A DNA stretch of 64,000 bases from Octopus bimaculoides. Taxonomy: Eukaryota. Position 1 is the first letter of the stretch; each line of letters opens with the position of its first letter. Location: the NCBI RefSeq assembly GCF_001194135.2, contig NC_068998.1, positions 46,179,602 through 46,243,601 on the forward strand, read 5' to 3'. The position numbers were made by a program, and so were the translations under genes. Under the pieces are notes generated by a model that did no database searches, was not told where the DNA came from, and saw only the letters and a program-made list of their open reading frames with translations. Positions 29,027 to 42,980 of this stretch are shown here, piece after piece.

Positions 29027-29614
29027 TTAAGAAAAATGAATAATATTTTAATGAAATTTTCTACGAATACCTTTCAGGTGGTGTAGATTCTGATTATATT
29101 GGAATTTATTGTGAAAAATTTTTTCAAGGATGGGAGGGAGAGTTTTAGACAATTCACATGCCTTGACTGTTTCTGCATAACTTTATAAAGAAAAAGAGGT
29201 ATTTCTAAAAATACTTTTCAGATGGTATAGATTATGATATTGGAATTTCATGTAGAGAGAAAAATATATAAATAAATAAAAAATAGGGGGTGCACACATG
29301 TAACATAATGACATACATCACATATATATGATCTAAAAGAAACTCGAAATTTTGAAATAAAATGTGGATGCTGACTAATCTTTTTTATTTGACATTGAAT
29401 TCTGATAAAACTGTAACTGACACCAACTGAAAGGTATTAATAGAAAATTTCTGTTTTTCTGAAAGGTATGAAGAAATAAAGCTATAGGAGGTGGGCACAC
29501 TTGTGTAGGTATGCCTAATAAATTACCATTACATCTAAGGAAGAAACTATATCAAAAGGTTGAACAAGCTAAAAGATTGATAAAATAACTACTAGTCATA
29601 CATTTAATCCTTAA

Positions 29615-30075
29615 ATGGTGGATACCATCAATTGATCTTTCATTAGCGAACAGCAGACATCATCAACTGACATCCAAACGTCTACTTTGTCAAATGCACC
29701 TAAGCATAAGTGACCCTTATCATTGGGAGAAATCAGGTCAGAAATGGAAGATTTATGCAGCAATGAAATTTTTTCCGACTTTCCTTTATCAGATGAAGTT
29801 GATGATGATGATGATGATGATGTTGATGATGATGATGTTAATGATGATGATGCTGTTCAAGATAGAGGAAAAAAAAAATTATGCTTCAACGAGTTGTGGA
29901 TGGAAAATGTGCACTGATTTTTTTTTTCTTTTCTCTATTTGTACATTTGTTGAACAATAACAATCTGGGAAGCTCGAATGAATTTATGCTCACACCGGAT
30001 GCAAAGGAAAGTAAATATTTTACAGCACTTTTTTGATAATGAGATTGTAAATATTCATAGTTTCACGCTTATTTA
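29615..30075 (+). pseudogene. Decayed piggyBac-like transposase N-terminus within a DNA-transposon remnant (about 29040-30283)
   Basis: In frame from ATG 29615: MVDTIN*SFISEQQ...APKHK*PLSLGEIRSEMEDL...SDFPLSDEVDDDDDDD (two TGA stops). Downstream, with frameshifts, LTPDAKES.YF / QHFFDNEIVNI near 29990-30060. A basic-LS.EI start, acidic tract and FFD.E++..I resemble piggyBac transposases. The family call is inference. Confidence 0.5.
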
Positions 30076-31083
30076 AAGCGAAAATAAAAAAGATTTTTCT
30101 TTCTTTCTTGTATTCACATTCATACAACCCATTCCTGCCATTTCAGGGTTGAATCACACCACGACCACAACCTACCACAGTGTAACCATTAGAGACATTA
30201 GGGAAGGTTAACCAGGGTTTTAAAACTGGTAAAAAATATCAATGTAAGAAATGGTAATGGTAAAAAGTAAACATTTAAGTAGTNNNNNNNNNNNNNNNNN
30301 NNNNNNNNNNNNNNNNNNNNNNNNNNNNNNNNNNNNNNNNNNNNNNNNNNNNNNNNNNNNNNNNNNNNNNNNNNNNNNNNNNNNNNNNNNNNNNNNNNNN
30401 NNNNNNNNNNNNNNNNNNNNNNNNNNNNNNNNNNNNNNNNNNNNNNNNNNNNNNNNNNNNNNNNNNNNNNNNNNNNNNNNNNNNNNNNNNNNNNNNNNNN
30501 NNNNNNNNNNNNNNNNNNNNNNNNNNNNNNNNNNNNNNNNNNNNNNNNNNNNNNNNNNNNNNNNNNNNNNNNNNNNNNNNNNNNNNNNNNNNNNNNNNNN
30601 NNNNNNNNNNNNNNNNNNNNNNNNNNNNNNNNNNNNNNNNNNNNNNNNNNNNNNNNNNNNNNNNNNNNNNNNNNNNNNNNNNNNNNNNNNNNNNNNNNNN
30701 NNNNNNNNNNNNNNNNNNNNNNNNNNNNNNNNNNNNNNNNNNNNNNNNNNNNNNNNNNNNNNNNNNNNNNNNNNNNNNNNNNNNNNNNNNNNNNNNNNNN
30801 NNNNNNNNNNNNNNNNNNNNNNNNNNNNNNNNNNNNNNNNNNNNNNNNNNNNNNNNNNNNNNNNNNNNNNNNNNNNNNNNNNNNNNNNNNNNNNNNNNNN
30901 NNNNNNNNNNNNNNNNNNNNNNNNNNNNNNNNNNNNNNNNNNNNNNNNNNNNNNNNNNNNNNNNNNNNNNNNNNNNNNNNNNNNNNNNNNNNNNNNNNNN
31001 NNNNNNNNNNNNNNNNNNNNNNNNNNNNNNNNNNNNNNNNNNNNNNNNNNNNNNNNNNNNNNNNNNNNNNNNNNNNNNNNNAC

Positions 31084-31120
<37 letters not shown>

Positions 31121-31721
31121 ATGGGCTTCTTTCAGTTTCCGTCTACCAAATCCACTCACAAGGCTTTGGTCGGCCAGAGGCTATAGTAGAAGACACTTGC
31201 CCAAGGTGCCACGCAGTGGGATTGAACCCGGAACCATATAGTTGGTAAGCAACCTTCTCACCACACTGCCACTCCTGCAACTCCTGTAACTGTATATAAA
31301 AAAAACAATCATACCTTTCAAATGTATTGAGTGTTTTCAATTCTTGAACCTATCAACAACTGTGTGTGTGCGTGTGTGTATAACAGTAGTCCAAATATGG
31401 ATTCAGAGAATCATGCAGTAAGCGTCTCCTTCAGAACTGGTTATTTAGAGTTGAACTGTAGATTTAACCATGATGTTTTGGTGATCTGATGAGCTAGCTT
31501 TCTTTATTTGCATTGATTAGTAGATATACAATTGTATAATTTTGAACATACATATTGATACAAACACGTATGTATAATTTTACGCTCACTGAAATTAATA
31601 CTACATGAAGGAGGTTACGAAATTGCTATAATCATACAGAAGTCATATAAGATAAATGAAGCTATCTTCGCCTCACACACATCTCCTGTCTTTATGTTTT
31701 ATCTATGTCCAACCCATTGTT

Positions 31722-32105
31722 TGTTGTTGGCACTCCGTCGCTTATAACGTGGAGGGTTCCAGTTGATCTAATCAACGGAACAGCCTGCTCGTGAAATTAA
31801 CGTGCAAGTGGCTGAGCACTCCACAGACACGTGTACTCTTAACGTAGTTCTCGGGGAGATTCAGCATGACACAGTGTGATAAGGCTGAACCTTTGAAATA
31901 CAGGCACAACAGAAACAGGAAGAAAGAGTGAGAGGAAGTTGTGGTGAAAGAGTACAGCAGGGTTCGCCACCATCCCCTGCCGGAGCCTTGTGGAGCTTTT
32001 AGGTGTTTTCGCTCAATAAACACTCACAACGCCCGGTCTGGGAATCGAAGCCGCGATCCTATGACCACGAGTCCGCTGCCCTAACCACTGGGCCATTGCG
32101 CTTCC
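31722..32105 (-). mobile_element. tRNA-derived SINE family D, full-length young copy
   Basis: The minus strand starts ggaagcgcaatggcccagtggttagggcagcggactcgtgg...gcttcgattcccagaccgggcg (A and B boxes). A near-identical copy lies at 63699-64000, running off the window. Other copies: 11271-11560 (+), 27981-28255 (+), 22408-22854 (-, different 3' part), 19795-19870 (+, head only). Confidence 0.9.
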
Positions 32106-32559
32106 ACATGTCCAACCCATACCTCCAAGGAAAATGGACATTAAATGATAACGGCCATAAATACATATATACACATGCACACGATGTAATATAATATGGA
32201 ATATATTTATATACATGGATATTTAAGTCATGGTAACATCATGTGCAAGTGCATGTGTGTATTGACAAAACGCAGAAAATGTATAAAGTACCAAGTGTTC
32301 TCACACTACTTTAAATGAAGTGTGATCAATATACAGTTTACCATAGTGTGGTTTATAATGTTGTGGTTCATACACACACACACAGAAAGGGGGGAGGTTA
32401 GAGATCAGGCCTTCCACCATCACCACCATCATCATTCAGGCATCAGACCCACCATCACCACCACCACCACCTTCTGCAGTGACCTTCCTCTTCCACGTCT
32501 ACTCTTCACTGACATCACATCCGTTTTTTATCATGCACAATATTTCCATATCGGGTGAT

Positions 32560-32600
<41 letters not shown>

Positions 32601-33199
32601 TTTAATACCCAGTCACTTTCAGCTCACCTGTGATCTATCTAAATGTCAGTTAACACATTGTACACATCAAACAGATCCATCTCACTCTCTACATTCCATG
32701 CAATGCTGCACCCCCCTACNNNNNNNNNNNNNNNNNNNNNNNNNNNNNNNNNNNNNNNNNNNNNNNNNNNNNNNNNNNNNNNNNNNNNNNNNNNNNNNNN
32801 NNNNNNNNNNNNNNNNNNNNNNNNNNNNNNNNNNNNNNNNNNNNNNNNNNNNNNNNNNNNNNNNNNNNNNNNNNNNNNNNNNNNNNNNNNNNNNNNNNNN
32901 NNNNNNNNNNNNNNNNNNNNNNNNNNNNNNNNNNNNNNNNNNNNNNNNNNNNNNNNNNNNNNNNNNNNNNNNNNNNNNNNNNNNNNNNNNNNNNNNNNNN
33001 NNNNNNNNNNNNNNNNNNNNNCACAGAGTCCCATGGGCCTCCTCCTTCACACACACTTCCATCCCACTCTCATCTTAAACAGCCCACCTACACTAATAAG
33101 CTACACTAATAAGCTATGTACATCTGACAACATACTCACCCATCCACTCACTTTCCTGGGTCACATATATATTGCTGGCCCCACCCTCTGACAGACCAT

Positions 33200-33452
33200 G
33201 AACACACAACCATCAGCCCCCACACATCAAGGCCACACAAACATACACATGTATATATACACACACATACACAAACACACCAAGGCCATACAGACACACT
33301 TCATACGTACACACACACACACCCACACACACACTAACAAGGCCATTCATACATATGCACACACAAATCAACAAGGCCATACACACACACATCAACAAGG
33401 CCATACACACACACACACTTCAACAAGGCCACACACACACACACACTTCAAC
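33200..33452. repeat. caacaaggcc-(ac)n minisatellite running into a 916-N gap
   Basis: caaggcca(t)acacac occurs about six times. Confidence 0.85.
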
Positions 33453-35522
33453 NNNNNNNNNNNNNNNNNNNNNNNNNNNNNNNNNNNNNNNNNNNNNNNN
33501 NNNNNNNNNNNNNNNNNNNNNNNNNNNNNNNNNNNNNNNNNNNNNNNNNNNNNNNNNNNNNNNNNNNNNNNNNNNNNNNNNNNNNNNNNNNNNNNNNNNN
33601 NNNNNNNNNNNNNNNNNNNNNNNNNNNNNNNNNNNNNNNNNNNNNNNNNNNNNNNNNNNNNNNNNNNNNNNNNNNNNNNNNNNNNNNNNNNNNNNNNNNN
33701 NNNNNNNNNNNNNNNNNNNNNNNNNNNNNNNNNNNNNNNNNNNNNNNNNNNNNNNNNNNNNNNNNNNNNNNNNNNNNNNNNNNNNNNNNNNNNNNNNNNN
33801 NNNNNNNNNNNNNNNNNNNNNNNNNNNNNNNNNNNNNNNNNNNNNNNNNNNNNNNNNNNNNNNNNNNNNNNNNNNNNNNNNNNNNNNNNNNNNNNNNNNN
33901 NNNNNNNNNNNNNNNNNNNNNNNNNNNNNNNNNNNNNNNNNNNNNNNNNNNNNNNNNNNNNNNNNNNNNNNNNNNNNNNNNNNNNNNNNNNNNNNNNNNN
34001 NNNNNNNNNNNNNNNNNNNNNNNNNNNNNNNNNNNNNNNNNNNNNNNNNNNNNNNNNNNNNNNNNNNNNNNNNNNNNNNNNNNNNNNNNNNNNNNNNNNN
34101 NNNNNNNNNNNNNNNNNNNNNNNNNNNNNNNNNNNNNNNNNNNNNNNNNNNNNNNNNNNNNNNNNNNNNNNNNNNNNNNNNNNNNNNNNNNNNNNNNNNN
34201 NNNNNNNNNNNNNNNNNNNNNNNNNNNNNNNNNNNNNNNNNNNNNNNNNNNNNNNNNNNNNNNNNNNNNNNNNNNNNNNNNNNNNNNNNNNNNNNNNNNN
34301 NNNNNNNNNNNNNNNNNNNNNNNNNNNNNNNNNNNNNNNNNNNNNNNNNNNNNNNNNNNNNNNNNNNNGGTAGTGGTGAGGGTGTTTTGGGTGTTGGGGA
34401 GAGGTTGCTAGTGCTGGGGCAGGGAATCATGGTGGAGGGGGGAAGTGGTTGAGTGGTGGTGGTGGTGGTAGTAATGATGGTGATGGAAGGAGCAAGGACA
34501 GACAGGTTGTGGTCAAATGTAGCAGGGGGGGGGGTGGACGTGGGTGGAAGAGGTGATACCATGTAAAGACAGGAAAAAAAAGCAGGACACCACACACACA
34601 CAGAACTGCTGTCAGTCACTAATCCATTGTCTGTGAGTATGTGTGTGTATGCATGTGCATATGTGAGTGTACATGCGGCAGGGCCTCTCACTCATCCCCC
34701 CCTCCACACACACACACAAATACACACATACACCCACATGCAGCTGTGATTTAATATTTATAGCAACTACAAATGTGAATGTCAGAAACAAGACCTTACA
34801 TGATGATGATGATGATGTTGGCTGTGCTGGTGGTTGTTATGGTAACAGAGACAACCATGGGAGAAATTTTTGTTTTGTTTTGCTTCACTTTGCTTTTGTG
34901 GATTGGCGGAATCGTGGAGAACATCAGATAAAATGCCTGGTGGTATTTCATCCAGTTCATTACACTCCGTGTTCAAATTCAGCTGGGGTCAACTTGGCTT
35001 TTCAGCCTTTCAGGTGTTAATAAAATAAAGTACGGAGTCAAGTACTGGACTTGATATTATCTCAACTGACCCTTCTCTCTGCAATATTGTGGTCAAGCAT
35101 CTAAGTTAGAAACAGAAAAATGAGGATGGGGGACAGAGGAGGCTAAAGGGGTTGACCAGACCTTTGTAGTCCCCACCTCCTTCCGCTCAACTAGTGAGCA
35201 AGAGAAAGAGCCCTCAGAAATTCTAGGTTGGTATCCAGCATGCTGGAACACCACTGGGAATGAGGGACCCCTTAGCTTTTGTTAAAGCATGTCTCTAGAA
35301 CCCACTTCAGACCCAAGCTACGTCTGCTCTGATAATTGGACAGTAATTTTTCACAAGAAGAGGCTAAGTCAATTACATTGATCCCAAATGGTTCTGAGTT
35401 CAATCCTGCTGCATGGCACCTTGGGCAACTGTCTTCTACTATAGCCACGAGCTGACCAAAGCCTTGAGAGAGGATTTGGTAGATGGAAACTAAAAGAAGC
35501 CCGTCGTGTGTGTGTGTGTGTG

Positions 35523-35581
<59 letters not shown>

Positions 35582-37179
35582 ATATATATATATTTATGCG
35601 TGTGTCCTTGTGTCTATGTTTGTCTCCCCCCACCATCGCTTGACAACCAATGTCGGTGTGTTTATGTCCNNNNNNNNNNNNNNNNNNNNNNNNNNNNNNN
35701 NNNNNNNNNNNNNNNNNNNNNNNNNNNNNNNNNNNNNNNNNNNNNNNNNNNNNNNNNNNNNNNNNNNNNNNNNNNNNNNNNNNNNNNNNNNNNNNNNNNN
35801 NNNNNNNNNNNNNNNNNNNNNNNNNNNNNNNNNNNNNNNNNNNNNNNNNNNNNNNNNNNNNNNNNNNNNNNNNNNNNNNNNNNNNNNNNNNNNNNNNNNN
35901 NNNNNNNNNNNNNNNNNNNNNNNNNNNNNNNNNNNNNNNNNNNNNNNNNNNNNNNNNNNNNNNNNNNNNNNNNNNNNNNNNNNNNNNNNNNNNNNNNNNN
36001 NNNNNNNNNNNNNNNNNNNNNNNNNNNNNNNNNNNNNNNNNNNNNNNNNNNNNNNNNNNNNNNNNNNNNNNNNNNNNNNNNNNNNNNNNNNNNNNNNNNN
36101 NNNNNNTATATATATATAACAATATGTACTGATATATATATATAGTGCTGGTGCCATGTAAAAAGCATCCAACTAAGTAACAATTAGGCAACGAGTACTA
36201 AGTATGTACCAATGAATACCTAGTGCATTCCAACAAGTACCTATGAGTACCAGTGATTCATTTGTATTTTCCACCCTCCAAGAAATACTGCACTCTATAT
36301 ATAATACATGAGACTGTAACAATTTTGTTTGAGGGTTAAACTTGTCCAACAAGTTAACATAATCTGTGATTGTATATTAAGGCTGAAGCAATAACATTTT
36401 GGCAGAACCACTGCAGCCATTTACCATCCTCAGAAATATACTGTAGTCTCTTAGTATATATATATATATATATATATAATAATCCTATCTTCTATAGACA
36501 CAAGGCCTGACATTTTGGGAGTAAGAGACAAGTCGGTTATATCAACTTCAGTGCTCAACTGACCCTGAAAGGATGAAAAGCAAAGTTATCTTTGGTGTAA
36601 TTTGAACCCAGAACATACAGATTCAGAAGAAACGCCGCTAAGCATCTTGTCCACTGTACTATTGATTTTCCCAGCTCACTGTCTTCTCCCTCTATGTATA
36701 ATAATACTGAAGACAATAACTGTTTGTCTAGTAAGTGACTTGATATGAGACTGTGGGTTATAGCAGAAGCCATTACATTGTGGAAGAACTGTTTTAATAA
36801 TACACAAAGCAGTAAAATTCATTTAGAATTTATTTCCTGCAGTGTCATAATTTGTTATAATGTGACCTGATCATTGACAATGATCACATGAATATTTTGA
36901 CAACTCACACAATAAATTTAAATTTAAAAAGAATTTAAACAGCTTTGTGTGCTATTAAAATGGTTCTTCCATGACGTAAGTTATTTATGAAACTCTTTTA
37001 TTCCATTCAAATTTAGAGTAGTAACTTAGTGTAGCACTGTACAACAATGGTCTGACCGACTGATTAAATAAGCAACAGACCAACAGACTCCAGTGACTGA
37101 CCAAATGGCTGATAAGGTGGTAAGCTTTCAAGTTTTCCTTTATTCTGAAGATCTTACTTATTCAGATCCATATTGGTTG

Positions 37180-37830
37180 CCTAATCCAATCTGATCACTG
37201 TAGTGATCAGATGACTGGATGTTTTACACCACTAGCCACCATGCACTTCCAATTCTTTTTGATTGAGCCCTTCATCTTCCCATCGTCATGAAGGCTTTCC
37301 AAGTGGCCCTTTTTTGATCTCTTGGATACCACTCAGCAACAGTGTGGTTCCGTCTGTTGTCTGTCAACCTTGCAACATGCCCAGCCCAACAGAACCTGTG
37401 CTTCTGGTATTTTGTGATCACATCTTTCCTGCTACCCCTTCTCTTGAATTACTTCATCTCTGATATGCTCTCTTCCTAGCATGAATCTTTCCATGGTTCT
37501 CTTTTCAAAGTAGCCCATATTTCACTTGCGTATAAGAGCACAGGTTGAACAAGCATCTTGTCCAGCTTCTTTAAGTGCATCTTTATTGAGGTAAACACCT
37601 TCCATCCTGCCCTTATTCTCCTCAAGATTTCTAAGTTCATGTTTTGGCAGACGGACTCCTTTATTTTCTTGATGCCAACACTTCTCGCCCTTATTTAGCC
37701 TTGTGCTGCATTTTCCGTGATTCCTGTCAATAACCAAATTATAACATTTCGAAAGATAATCCTGCATTTATAGAGTGACACCAGGAGAAACCTCTAAATC
37801 AGGGACACAGAATCCCCTTGCTTGCACTTA
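37180..37830 (-). mobile_element. RTE-clade LINE fragment (RT C-terminal region, frameshifted)
   Basis: Minus-strand peptides KMLVQPVLLYASEIWATLKR (37501-37560) and HRFCWAGHVARLTDNRRNHTVAEWYPRDQKR, then with a frameshift PLGKP..RWEDE (37270-37440). These are typical RTE/BovB-like motifs. An 11-bp palindrome lies at 37189-37212 in the 3' region. Confidence 0.85.
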
Positions 37831-38827
37831 ACTCTTTTGTTACAATATTTCTGTTGAAAGACATTCCCTTTCATCATCATCATCGTTTAACGTTCGGTTT
37901 CCATGCTAGCATGGGTTGGACGATTTGACTGAGGACTGGCAAGCCAGAAGGCTGCACCAGGCTCCAATCTGATCTGGCAGAGTTTCTACAGATGGATGCC
38001 CTTCCTAACACCAACCACTCCGAGTGTGTAGTGGGTGCTTTTGAAAGATTGAAGAATTTACTAGAATAACTCATTAAGCTGGTCTTTAGAATGAATGTGA
38101 AATTCTGATGGAGGGTCTTAATATAGACCACTTCAACCCTTTAAGCATTTAGATCCCTGTCCAATGTAACGCTTCTTTACTCACAGCATTTCTAATTAAC
38201 CAATGGTCTGATTGTTTATACTTTGAATGATATTATGAGGCAGGTGTGAGAAGCTGGATCTGGCCAGTTTGAATATATAACTGGTAGAATGTTTGGGCTC
38301 GATATGGTTGGTTACAATAGGAATTTTGTATTATAGAACCAGAGATGGTCTTAGGAGAATTAGTAACAAAAAGAGTTAAAATTTGACACGATCCACTGAC
38401 AGAGTCTCTAAAAACACCCCTGTATGAAAATAATGGTTTGATCTTGAACACCCAAGCACAAATTTGTAAAACTAAGACTCGTTATTTTTCTCAACCAGAC
38501 ACACTCACTCCCATCATAACCAACCAATTTCTTATTAACTTAGTTTACTACAAAAAAGGAAAAAAAAAAAACTTTCTCCCCCTCCCTCAAATCATACCCT
38601 GTTGCTAACTAAAAGAGATAAGAAAAGGCAGAAAACCATTAGAGAAGATAGTCTCAGATACAGCAGTGAGATAGTGAAAAATAAAGGTTGGTATGGTCAT
38701 GGCTGGAACGTCTTTGTAGGTTGGCAAGACGAAGGTTGTCATGACACTAAACAACACAGACAAGCAATTATAATTCATTTCTTAAAATTATTTGTCAAAC
38801 TGTGTCATGGTTTATGAAATATCAATG

Positions 38828-38865
<38 letters not shown>

Positions 38866-39187
38866 ACAGTCACAGATGTTCCTCACCATTAATTTTACTT
38901 CAGATCTCCATTAATTGTTTTATTAATTACATACAATTATTTATATTGATCTTAATTATATTGCTGGCTGGATTTTGTTAATTATAAAATTTCAGTCAAC
39001 AGAGAAATAAAAATTGATCACTACACAATAGAAGAGGTATTTTTCCTTATTTCACTGTGTGTATATCAGATGTGTGTGTGTGTGTGTGTGTGTGTGTGGA
39101 TCAGTAGATGTGTGTGTGTGTGTATCAATAGATGTGTACGTGTATCCAGTGTGTGTGTGTGTGTATACACAGATGTGTACGTGTATC

Positions 39188-39222
<35 letters not shown>

Positions 39223-40297
39223 GTATGTGTTTGCGTCTACATGTATCCGCATGGGTGTGTGTGCATGTGTACCTGTATCCAATGTGTTTGTGAGTACGTG
39301 TATCTACATGTGTGTGTGTATGTGCATGAGCGTGTATAAATGTACGTGTTCATACGTGCACGGCTTATGCATATGTATGCTTCACAGAGCAGTTTGCAAT
39401 ATATTTTTTGCCAACCAAGAACAACACTAACATCTTCTGCCTTGTTGAATGTTCTGTGTGTGTGTGTGTGTGAGATTGATAGATAGATAGATAGATAGAT
39501 AGACGGACAGAGAGTATTAGAGCATTTGTGCGAGAGAGTGTTGGTGCATGTGCGAATATGAACGTGTTTTAGCCAGAGTGCAATGCATCAACACACCATC
39601 TGCCAAGGTTGGAATTTCGAAGGGACAATCATTCCTAAAAATGATCTTAAGGCATACACATCCATCATCTTCATTCATTCTATGTCCCTGTCTGCATCAT
39701 TGCTATATAGTTGTTGCCGCTAAACTGGACTCATCCGTCATTTTCGCAACATCCTTTCATCCTAATGAAGTTTCTAGCAAACTTTCTCACAAATCTAGGC
39801 ACTGGTTTAGTTATCTGTAACCTAATCATGTAACTAGTTGTACTACATTCTATGTTGTCAATAGTATTAAGAGATACATTAACAATGTTTAGTTTTGTGG
39901 CTTTAGTATATAGTACTGGACCAATTATCCAGTAAGCTTAGGACCAGAAGTGGCCTGGATTTCTGGGTTTTCCAGTTTTCTGGAGATACACTAAATATAA
40001 ATTAAACTATGAAAAGTAAAGAACTAAATTGTGTTTAACAGGCTCTAATACACCTTTAAAACAGGGTCCGTTTGATATTAATGTATTTAAAATTCTTAAA
40101 ATATGCCATATTGTTCTATATATACAATATGTTTATAGGATGAAAAGGAAAGAACATGATAAAGTACCAGTGCTGGTTCCACACAAAAAGCACCTGTGGT
40201 GGTGCTATGCAAAAAGCACAGGTGCTGGTGCCATGTGAAAGGCACTGGTGCCATGTGAAAGGCACTGGTGCTGCTATCGCATAAAAAAACGCCTAGT

Positions 40298-40510
40298 ACT
40301 TTATTGCCCACAAGGGGCCAAACAAGGATAGACAAAGGTATTAAGTCGATTACATCGACCCCAGTGTGTAACTAGTACTTAATTTATCGACCCTGAAAGG
40401 ATGAAAGGCAAAGTCGATCTCAGCGGAATTTGAACTCAGAATGTAACGCCAGACGAAATACCGCTAAGCATTTCGCCCAGCGTGCTAACGTTTCTGCCAG
40501 CTCTCCGCCT
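40298..40510 (-). mobile_element. tRNA-derived SINE family C, young copy
   Basis: The minus strand reads aggcggagagctggcagaaacgttagcacgctgggcgaaatgcttagcgg...gagttcaaattccgc (B box)...gcctttcatcctttc.gggtcgat. Near-identical copies at 5605-5837 and 58450-58672; older ones at 14640-14840, 17330-17570, 25720-25880, 34900-35110, 36490-36680, 56455-56550. Confidence 0.9.
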
Positions 40511-42288
40511 TATAGATTACAATGTTTCTTTAAACCTATAAATCTAATGGATTTACGGGTCTCTAAAACAGCCCTTCTCACAAGTCTAGTTGGGTAGGCT
40601 GCTGGTTCAGTTGTCTTCCACCCAACCACCTAGCAAGTTGTACTATTACTATAGCACTGAAATAGTGGGACCAACAAACTAATATTTAGTTTTCTAAATC
40701 TATAAGACTCACGATGGATTTATAGATTTCTAGCAGCTTTCTTCACAAGCCTAGCCTGGTGGGGTACTAGTCCAGTTTTCCATGACCCAAGTACACAATA
40801 TATTGTACTAGACTGTGTTACCAATAGTACTGAGACAGTGAGAGAAAGAGTGAGAGAATGAGAAAGAGAGAGAAAGAGTGAGGGGGAGAGAGAGACATTA
40901 ACAATGTTTAGTCTTGAGGCTGTAGTGCACTATAAAATTTATAGATTTCAACCTATGTTGCATTTGTAAAAGAAATTAAAATACACAGAAAAAAATCATT
41001 AAAACAACCATCATGTTCATTTTAACGTTCACTTTTCCATGCTTGCATGAGTCATACAGAGTTCACTGAGGTAGATTGTTCTATGGCCAGACACCCTTCC
41101 TGTCACCACCTCTCGCCTGTTTTCAAGCAAGGTAATATCTCCCTATGACAAGATCACATCTTGCAGGATACTGGAAATAGTGATACAACACTCATTTACA
41201 ACTATTGCACAAATATCAAGACAAGAAGACACAAACACACACATATAGATAATGGGCTTCTACTAGTTTCCCTCTAGCAAATCCATTCACAAAGCTTTGG
41301 TTGACCCAGGGACTGCCATACAGAGGGACTGAACCCAGAACCATGTCTTTTTAATATTAATATTTTGTGACAATGCTTTACTGTACCATAATATCGCCAT
41401 TGTTGTTTTCATCCCCATTAGTACAGTTCAGATCATGTAATCCCTGTGTATTTCACGCGAATTAATGTATGTGGTTTCGCCAGGGACAGAATAACTTCTC
41501 TTGTGCTAATGTCTTGCTGAAATGCATCCAGTAAATTTTGTTAAATGGCTGGTGTTACAAACAGTATCTGGCTGAAGGAATCATGCCAAAACTGGAGTGT
41601 ACAAGTAAGACAGGGTCCCTGGCACATCTAGGGTTGGGGAGCAGTAACTCCATATAAGTGACTTGGCCATCGATGACTGACCAACCAGCATCGAAAAGTG
41701 AATAGGGAAGTGATGACAAGGAAGTAACTTTTTTTATAAGTCATATTGAACATTTGTGTGTGTGTTTGAGTATGTTAGAGTGTGTGTAAGTGCAAGTGAG
41801 TACATGTGGGCGCGCAAGTGAATGTGAGCATATGTGTGAATGTGGGCATGTATGTGAATGTGGGCATGTGTGTGAATGTGGGCATGTGTGCGAGTGAATG
41901 CGCATGCATGTGTGTGTAAGGTTATAATCAATTGTATCGAGCTAAGTATTTTGCTTCATTGACCTAAGAAGAACAAGAACTAATGTTGGCCTAGGTGGGA
42001 TTTGAACTCAGAAAGGAAAGAAATCCAACTGAATGCAACAGTGTGTGTGTGTTCGTGTGTGCATGTATGCAAACACACACACGTGCATGTCTCTTTGCCA
42101 CTTACTCCATATGGAGAGTTAAGATATATACGAGATATAAATAAACGACACAGGATCATGAAATATAAGAGACACACACACCTACATACACAGACGCCAG
42201 GTGTCCTGAATGAACATGCCACCAATCACACTTCAATATATTTAAATGCAGTCTATGATGTGAGGGAGAGAGAGAAAGAAATAGAGAA

Positions 42289-42327
<39 letters not shown>

Positions 42328-42980
42328 TATAGTACTGATGGCTGAGCAAATTGGGTAGGAAACAATCAGCCAAGATGTGTATATAGGTCGGCAGAATACA
42401 TTCTTATCAAATAGATAGGTCCAGTCCATGTAGCTGATAATAGGGGTGGGGGAGGTGTAAGGTAGAAACAAGCAAACTACAGTAAGACTCAGTGACTGAT
42501 CTAGATATTGCATATTAATGAAAATGAAAGTAGTGGTTAGTTAAAAAAATGATCAAGGGAACCCCGGCGTTGCCACAAGCTTGTGATGTCAATCTACCAA
42601 CTAAAGGACAGAGGTGCTTTTCATGCTTGATTGAGTACGAAGGCTCATAAGCAGGAGTAATTAGTTTTATAACTAGATGCCCCACCTACAAATAATTCTT
42701 CAACTGTGTCCAATAAGCAGCGACACCCATATTTTTGTTGAAGCAATCCAGCAGGAGCTATAGTCACACTATTTTAAACTTGACTTTAACCAAGAGACAA
42801 AAAAAAAGGAGGGAAAGAAAAACACTGGGCTTTGGTTCACACATTTGCAAAGTTAAAACTATCAGGTGAGGTGTGGGGGGGTGGATGCATGTGCCACATT
42901 CTTAAGTGGGTTTGGGCCAACAAACTTATGACTGAAGATTTCACTAAACAACTACTGGTCAGTGTCTTGGGTGCTCTGTG

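Noticed and set aside
32020-32105. tRNA-like sequences (also 5770-5837, 61540-61600, 63083-63150)
   Set aside because: They have A and B boxes but no complete cloverleaf or acceptor stem, and they continue directly into multi-copy SINE bodies.
3317-36191. Long ORFs full of X in the six-frame track
   Set aside because: They span assembly gaps and flanking microsatellites, so they are artefacts.
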